From NCBI GenBank assembly GCA_965204785.1, contig OZ242015.1, positions 1,942,538 to 2,006,537 on the forward strand: DNA of 64,000 bases. The letters are read 5' to 3'. The notes beneath the pieces were generated by a model. That model saw only the letters and a program-made list of their open reading frames with translations. It was not told the DNA's origin and made no database searches. Source of the DNA: Alphaproteobacteria bacterium (GTDB lineage: Bacteria; Pseudomonadota; Alphaproteobacteria; SP197). Position numbers and translations under genes: made by a program. Positions within the stretch are counted from its first letter, which is position 1; each line of letters starts with the position of its first letter. Of this stretch, positions 59,332 to 64,000 are shown in pieces.

Positions 59332-60477
59332 ATGAGCGACGACCTGTTTGATCCCACGCATTATGCCGCGGTGCGCCGACCGGTGCTGGAGGCTTCGACC
59401 CTGCCGGCGTGGTGCTACACGTCGCCGGAGTTTTTCCGGCGCGAGTGCGAACGTGTGTTCTCGCGGGGCTGGCAGTTTGTCGGCCGGGTCGAAGAGGTGC
59501 CCGAAAGCGGATACCGCAATGTCGAGACGGTCGGCGGGCCCGTCCTGCTGGTCCGGGACGGCAGGGGGACGCTGCGCGCCTTTGCCAACACCTGCCGGCA
59601 TCGCGGCGCCAAGCTGGCCGAGGGTTCGGACACCTGCGCGCGCCTCGTCTGCCCCTACCATGCCTGGAGCTACCGCCTGAACGGCAGCCTGACAAGCGCA
59701 CCCGGCATGGAAAAAACCATAGCCTTCGATACCGCCGACCATGCGCTCACACCGGTGCGCATGGAGGTCTGGGCCGGCTTCATCATCGTGTGTTACGACG
59801 AAGCCACCCCGGCACTTCAGACCTATTTCGGCGATCTGACCCAACGGCTCGCCAGTCACCGTTTCGAGGATTTTGTCTGCGTGCGTCGCCGGGAATACGA
59901 CGTTGCGGCGAACTGGAAGCTGATCGCCGAGAACGCCATGGAGGCCTACCACACCGGCTCGGTGCATGGCGCTTCCCTAGGCCAGCAGGCCGCGCGAGAT
60001 CTGGAGACCAGCGGGCACTGGGACGCTATCCAGGTGCTGGGCGAAGAGTCCATCGCCGTCCTGCCTGGCGAAGCGATTCCGTTCGCGCCCGTAACAGGCC
60101 TTTCGGACGAGGCCGCGGCGGGGACCTACTTCACGACGCTCCATCCCAACACGCAGTTTGCCTGTGTGCAGGACAGCATGTGGTGGATGACCTACCGACC
60201 GATAGCCGCCGACCGCACGATCCTGCATGTCGGCCAGTGTTTCCCGCGCAAAACCGTGGAGCGCGAGGATTTCGACCGGGGTGCGGCACCCTATTTCAAG
60301 CGCTGGGATACCGGCATCGCCGAGGACAACGCGATCTGCGAAGCCCAACAGGCGGGCATCTCGTCCCTGCTGCACCGCCAGGGCCGTCTTTCGGAGAACG
60401 AAACCCGCGTGCATCGCCTCAACAACTGGATTCTCGATCAGGTTCTCGACGATGACCGCGCCTGCCGCCGTATCTGA
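59332..60477 (+). CDS. Rieske [2Fe-2S] oxygenase alpha subunit (second copy; GbcA/CntA-like).
   Basis: 'CRHRGAKLAEGSDTCARLVCPYHAWSY'; mononuclear-iron region 'NAMEAYHTGSVHGAS'. Confidence 0.8.
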   Translation: MSDDLFDPTHYAAVRRPVLEASTLPAWCYTSPEFFRRECERVFSRGWQFVGRVEEVPESGYRNVETVGGPVLLVRDGRGTLRAFANTCRHRGAKLAEGSDTCARLVCPYHAWSYRLNGSLTSAPGMEKTIAFDTADHALTPVRMEVWAGFIIVCYDEATPALQTYFGDLTQRLASHRFEDFVCVRRREYDVAANWKLIAENAMEAYHTGSVHGASLGQQAARDLETSGHWDAIQVLGEESIAVLPGEAIPFAPVTGLSDEAAAGTYFTTLHPNTQFACVQDSMWWMTYRPIAADRTILHVGQCFPRKTVEREDFDRGAAPYFKRWDTGIAEDNAICEAQQAGISSLLHRQGRLSENETRVHRLNNWILDQVLDDDRACRRI

Positions 60478-61129
60478 CGTTCGCCCCCGCCTGCTGGATA
60501 CCCTGGTCGGCCTGGGCGCCGTGCTGATCTGGTCGGCGGGCGGCCCCATTTACACCTTCGTCAGCGAAGTCCCCCCGCTCCAGATGATCGCCATGACCTT
60601 TGTCTAGTTCATCCTGGTCATGCTTGTAGTGTGGCGTTGGCGCGGCGAGCCCATCCGGGAAAAGTTCAAGTTGCCCGCCAAGGTCTGGTTCATCGGCATC
60701 CTGGGCCCGTGGAGCTAAACCATCTGTTTCTTTGTCTCCTACCGCCTGATTGCGCCGGTGGACGCCAGCCTTCTGCTGCTCTCCTGGCCGATCCTGCTGC
60801 TGGTTGCCAACGCCGCCCTGCTCGGACGGCGTATCCGCTGGTGGCACGCGCTGGGCACCATTGCCGGATTCTTCGGTGCGGCCATCCTGGTGCTGGGCCT
60901 TCTCAACACCGCCGCGACCCTCTTTACCTGGGACTACGCCGTCAAACACAGGCATGTGCGGGTTCCGGTCTCGCTGAGCTACCTCATCCCGCTCTTCACC
61001 GCGCTGATCCTGATCGGCATCGGTGCGAGCGCCTTTACCACCGCTGTCGGCATAGCCTGCACCCTCATCGTCACCAGCGCCTTTGTCAGCTCCCGCAAAC
61101 TCTTCATGAAGAAAGAAGCAGCGGTCTGA
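60452..61129 (+). pseudogene. DMT/EamA-family transporter gene with two in-frame nonsense codons (TAG 60605-60607, TAA 60716-60718) in a single frame.
   Basis: Continuous hydrophobic frame '...IWSAGGPIYTFVSEVPPLQMIAMTFV*FILVMLVVWRW...ILGPWS*TICFFVSYRLIAPVDASLLLLSWPILLLV...'. Confidence 0.6.
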
Positions 61130-61139
61130 CCCGGAAGTT

Positions 61140-61796
61140 TCAGCGCGAACCCAGAAACGCCTGCATGTGGAATTCCGCCTGTTCGGGGACATAGGTCAAG
61201 CCCGTTCCGACCGGACAGGCACGCCTCGCCCGGCAGCCCAGTTCCATGCAGCCCCGACCGGCAGACACGCGCAGATGGTCCGCGCAGGACGGGACGTCAT
61301 AACCCTCACTGCTGAAGGCGCCGACGGGACAGGTCGTGAGGCAGGGCTTCTCCGCGCAGCGTTCACAGGGTGAGGCGATCGCTTCGCGCGGCGGCAGATC
61401 TTCCACCGCCTCGGAAAAGACCAGAACGCCGCGGTAAGCGTGCCAGAGGCCGTAACGGGGATGAATCAGCATGCCGATGGGCGAGGGAAAGACCGGCTCG
61501 GCACGCTGCGCCCAGCGCTGGAACGGAAACCACGGCGGACCGTCGAACGGATAGACTGCCGCAGCGCCCAGATCGGAGGCTACCGCATCCAGCGTGCGCC
61601 GGGTCCAGCGGTTCATGGCGTCGGGTTCGTTCCGTCGCTCACGCGCAAAAACATGCCATAGGGCCAGACCCGCGTTGCCCACCATCACCGCGTTCACCGC
61701 TCCGTCGTGCAGTCCGTCCCCGGATTCGGGCCCAAAGCCGCCCCGGGCGATCAGGCCATGGGGGGCAAGCGCCTGGATGATCGTCTGGTAACGCAC
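61140..61796 (-). CDS. 4Fe-4S ferredoxin-type domain protein (function unknown).
   Basis: 'CERCAEKPCLTTCPVGAF' and 'CMELGCRARRACPVG' Cys clusters. Confidence 0.55.
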   Translation of the reverse strand: MRYQTIIQALAPHGLIARGGFGPESGDGLHDGAVNAVMVGNAGLALWHVFARERRNEPDAMNRWTRRTLDAVASDLGAAAVYPFDGPPWFPFQRWAQRAEPVFPSPIGMLIHPRYGLWHAYRGVLVFSEAVEDLPPREAIASPCERCAEKPCLTTCPVGAFSSEGYDVPSCADHLRVSAGRGCMELGCRARRACPVGTGLTYVPEQAEFHMQAFLGSR

Positions 61797-61802
61797 GCCA
61801 CC

Positions 61803-62402
61803 TCAGCCCGGCGGGGCCGTGCCGACCATGGAGGGGCGCTTGGCGAAGGTCTCGTACCAGGCCGCCAGCTTCGGGTGGCTTTCACGCCATTTCATGTCGC
61901 CCAGGCGGAAATCGACATACCCCAGCGCCGCGGCGACACTGATGGTGGAAAGATCGATGGTCTCACCTAGGGCATCTGCCTCGCCCTCGAGTACATGGAT
62001 GGCGCGTTCGATCTTGCCGCGCTGACGGTTGATGGCGTCGATCCAGATCTTTTCGTCGGGCCGGCGCGTTTCCATGACGCTTGCCACACCCGCCTCCATG
62101 ATGCCGTCGGCCAGCGCATGGCGGCGCAGGACGGTGGTACGCACGGCATGATCGACGGGGATCATCTGCGGGCCTGAGCCGAGGCCGTCGAGGTAGCTGA
62201 CGATCACCAGGCTGTCATAGAGCACCGTGCCGTCACCGAACACCATGGCCGGCACCTTCTCCAAGGGATTGTCCTTGCGCAGCTCGCCGTTTGCCATGGT
62301 CTCCGCGCCGGTCAGCGCGATTTGGTCGGCCAGCCCGCGCTCGTGGGCGGCGATCAGAACCTTGCGCACGAAGGGCGAGGTGGGACTGTTGTGGAGTTGC
62401 AT
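61803..62402 (-). CDS. Glutathione S-transferase. Start at the internal ATG; ±1 bp uncertainty in my coordinate reading here.
   Basis: 'MQLHNSPTSPFVRKVLIAAHERGL...VPAMVFGDGTVLYDSLVIVSYLD' GST N-terminal thioredoxin fold. Confidence 0.8.
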   Translation of the reverse strand: MQLHNSPTSPFVRKVLIAAHERGLADQIALTGAETMANGELRKDNPLEKVPAMVFGDGTVLYDSLVIVSYLDGLGSGPQMIPVDHAVRTTVLRRHALADGIMEAGVASVMETRRPDEKIWIDAINRQRGKIERAIHVLEGEADALGETIDLSTISVAAALGYVDFRLGDMKWRESHPKLAAWYETFAKRPSMVGTAPPG

Positions 62403-62470
62403 GGTGTGCTTGTTCTCCCGAAACTCGGGGCCCTGACGGTCCCGCCGAATCACATGGTAGAGTACCTGCG

Positions 62471-63274
62471 ATGTATCAGGATGTCGCCGATCTCAATGCG
62501 TTTTATCACGCGCCGCTAGGCCAGGTCGCGCGCCGGCTGATGCTGGCGCGGTTTCGCGCCCTGTGGCCCGACATCACCGGCGCGCGGCTGATGGGGCTGG
62601 GTTACACCACACCCTATCTGCGCGTCTTCCAGGAAGAAGCGATCCGAGTGACGGCCTTTGCGCCGGCCGCGCAGGGCGTGATCCGCTGGCCTCAGGACGG
62701 TATGGCGCAGGTCTGCCTGACCGACGAGGATGTGCTGCCGCTTGCCGATGAATCCATGAACCGCATTCTGATGGTCCACGCCCTAGAACACAGCGAGGCA
62801 CGCTCGGCGATGATGCGCGAGGTCTGGCGTGTCATGGCACCGGGCGGGCGGCTGCTGGTCGCCGTCGCCAACCGGCGCGGCATCTGGTCGCGTGCCGACC
62901 ACACGCCGTTCGGCCACGGCTCGCCGTTCAACGAAACCCAGATCGACCGTCTGCTGCGCGATTGCATGTTCACGCCGCTGGCGTCGGAGTTCGCGCTCTA
63001 TGTGCCGCCCAGCCAGCGGGGCCTGTCGCTGTGGTCGGCCCCGGCATGGGAACGCCTGGGGCGCCAATGGGGTCTGCCGCTGCCCGGCGTCGTGCTGGTC
63101 GAGGCGACCAAGCAGATATACGGCGCGATTCCGGCGAGACGGCGGCGCAGCCTGCGCCAGCGCATCCTTATCCCCGCGCCTTCCCCCGCCGCTTCTTGCG
63201 TACCTCCGGCCGGAAGAGCTCGAACACGGCCTGTTCGGAAAATAGGTTCGACTGGCCCTCGAAGTTCGGCTTGA
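62471..63274 (+). CDS. Class I SAM-dependent methyltransferase-like protein; 3' end uncertain (overlaps convergent metW).
   Basis: 'LMGLGYTTPYL...RILMVHALEHSEARSAMMREVWRVMAPGGRLLVAV' methyltransferase fold. Confidence 0.6.
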   Translation: MYQDVADLNAFYHAPLGQVARRLMLARFRALWPDITGARLMGLGYTTPYLRVFQEEAIRVTAFAPAAQGVIRWPQDGMAQVCLTDEDVLPLADESMNRILMVHALEHSEARSAMMREVWRVMAPGGRLLVAVANRRGIWSRADHTPFGHGSPFNETQIDRLLRDCMFTPLASEFALYVPPSQRGLSLWSAPAWERLGRQWGLPLPGVVLVEATKQIYGAIPARRRRSLRQRILIPAPSPAASCVPPAGRARTRPVRKIGSTGPRSSA

Positions 63275-63863
63275 TGACCGTCACCTCGCGTCCCTTGGAG
63301 ATGCCATAGGCTCGCCCCACGCGGATGCCCTGGATGCGCGTGAGGTCCAGAAAATCGCGCACCGTGCAGGGGCGGATATTCGCGGTCTCGAACCAAGGCG
63401 TGGAAAGCGTGCGGGTGTGGGGCATGCGTCCGCGTGTCATCATGGACATGCGCGCACACCAGTGGCCGTAGTTCAGGATCGAGACGATCGCCGTATCGGC
63501 GATGCGCAGCAGTTGGGAGAGCACGTCTCGGGGATGGCGCACCGCCTGCAGGGTGTGACTCAGGATGACGTAATCGAAGCTGTCGTCTGGATAGTCGACC
63601 AGGTGGCGGTCCGCATCGCCTTGGACGACAGGCAGGCCGCGCGCGACGCAGGCGTTCACGCCGGTCTGGCTGATTTCCATGCCGCGGCCGTCGCAATCCT
63701 GTTCCTTGACCAGGTATTCCAGCAGCGCACCGTCGCCGCAGCCCACATCCAGCAAGCGTGATTCCGACTCAATCATGCTTGCGACCAGCCCCAAGTCGGG
63801 ACGCAGGCCGTAGGCATTCTCGCCCAGAATGAAGCGGTCGCGTGCGCCGCTGAGAAGACTCAT
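63168..63863 (-). CDS. metW: Methionine biosynthesis protein MetW.
   Basis: 'LDVGCGDGALLEYL...VILSHTLQAVRHPRDVL'. Confidence 0.85.
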   Translation of the reverse strand: MSLLSGARDRFILGENAYGLRPDLGLVASMIESESRLLDVGCGDGALLEYLVKEQDCDGRGMEISQTGVNACVARGLPVVQGDADRHLVDYPDDSFDYVILSHTLQAVRHPRDVLSQLLRIADTAIVSILNYGHWCARMSMMTRGRMPHTRTLSTPWFETANIRPCTVRDFLDLTRIQGIRVGRAYGISKGREVTVIKPNFEGQSNLFSEQAVFELFRPEVRKKRRGKARG

Positions 63864-63866
63864 CGC

Positions 63867-64000
63867 TCAGACCCCCGCTTCGCGCGCGACGCTGTCGATA
63901 AAGCCGCTTGCGGTCGCGAAGAGATCGGGCTCATCCAGTAGAAAGGCGTCGTGGCCCTTGTCGCTCTTGATCTCGACGAAGCTGACATTGGCACCCGCGC
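63867..64000 (-). CDS. metX: Homoserine O-acetyltransferase MetX, C-terminal fragment (continues beyond the window).
   Basis: '...[13 protein letters not shown]...' C-terminus directly upstream of metW, the canonical metXW arrangement. Confidence 0.7.
   Translation of the reverse strand, partial: AGANVSFVEIKSDKGHDAFLLDEPDLFATASGFIDSVAREAGV

Noticed and set aside
55-60718. TAG/TAA recoding (suppression or alternative genetic code) to explain in-frame stops in the kinase, EamA, Sel1 and AcrB-like genes
   Set aside because: All well-conserved genes in the window terminate normally at TAG/TAA/TGA and contain no internal stops, so gene decay is the simpler explanation.

Overview
High-GC (~65%) chromosomal segment that looks alphaproteobacterial (cycHKL-type ccm genes, phaR/phaA/phaB, metXW, meaB–methylmalonyl-CoA mutase). 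Most of it is ordinary metabolic housekeeping. Left half: a likely amine/quaternary-amine catabolic neighbourhood (Rieske oxygenase, GGT, acyl-CoA dehydrogenase with a decayed CoA-transferase, isochorismatase-like hydrolase, PotABCD-type ABC importer, creatininase-family amidohydrolase, DgcA/TMADH-like flavoprotein, FAD oxidase), then ccmF-ccmH-ccmI, an acetolactate-synthase-like TPP enzyme and gdhA. Middle: tandem-RidA, GMC choline-dehydrogenase-like, LLM monooxygenase and BKACE (dehydrocarnitine-cleavage-type) genes. Right half: dienelactone hydrolase, a queuosine-precursor transporter, rpmB, meaB and mutase, a degraded RND efflux operon, the PHA locus phaR/phaC-like/phaA/phaB, higBA, a second Rieske oxygenase, GST and metW/metX. 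Three inserted, lower-GC accessory segments stand out. (1) A 1.6-kb cassette bounded by 30-bp terminal inverted repeats carrying an IS1595-type transposase N-terminal remnant, an MT-A70 DNA methyltransferase and a BamHI/BglII-fold restriction endonuclease; this looks like a mobile insertion cassette carrying a restriction–modification system. (2) A Mu-like transposable-element remnant: an HNH endonuclease, a DDE MuA-type transposase and a Mu gp27/DUF3486 protein, flanked by ~60-bp imperfect direct repeats and a cluster of CCGCAAT sites. (3) A small island at 0.7–2.0 kb with an SNase-like nuclease and a membrane protein. A mosaic MITE/RIME-like intergenic repeat family occurs three times, twice inside the PHA locus. 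Many genes carry frameshifts, mostly at short G/C or A homopolymers, which suggests sequencing error. Several others carry in-frame TAG/TAA codons, a 19-bp tandem duplication or truncations, which suggest genuine gene decay. I found no rRNA, tRNA or CRISPR.
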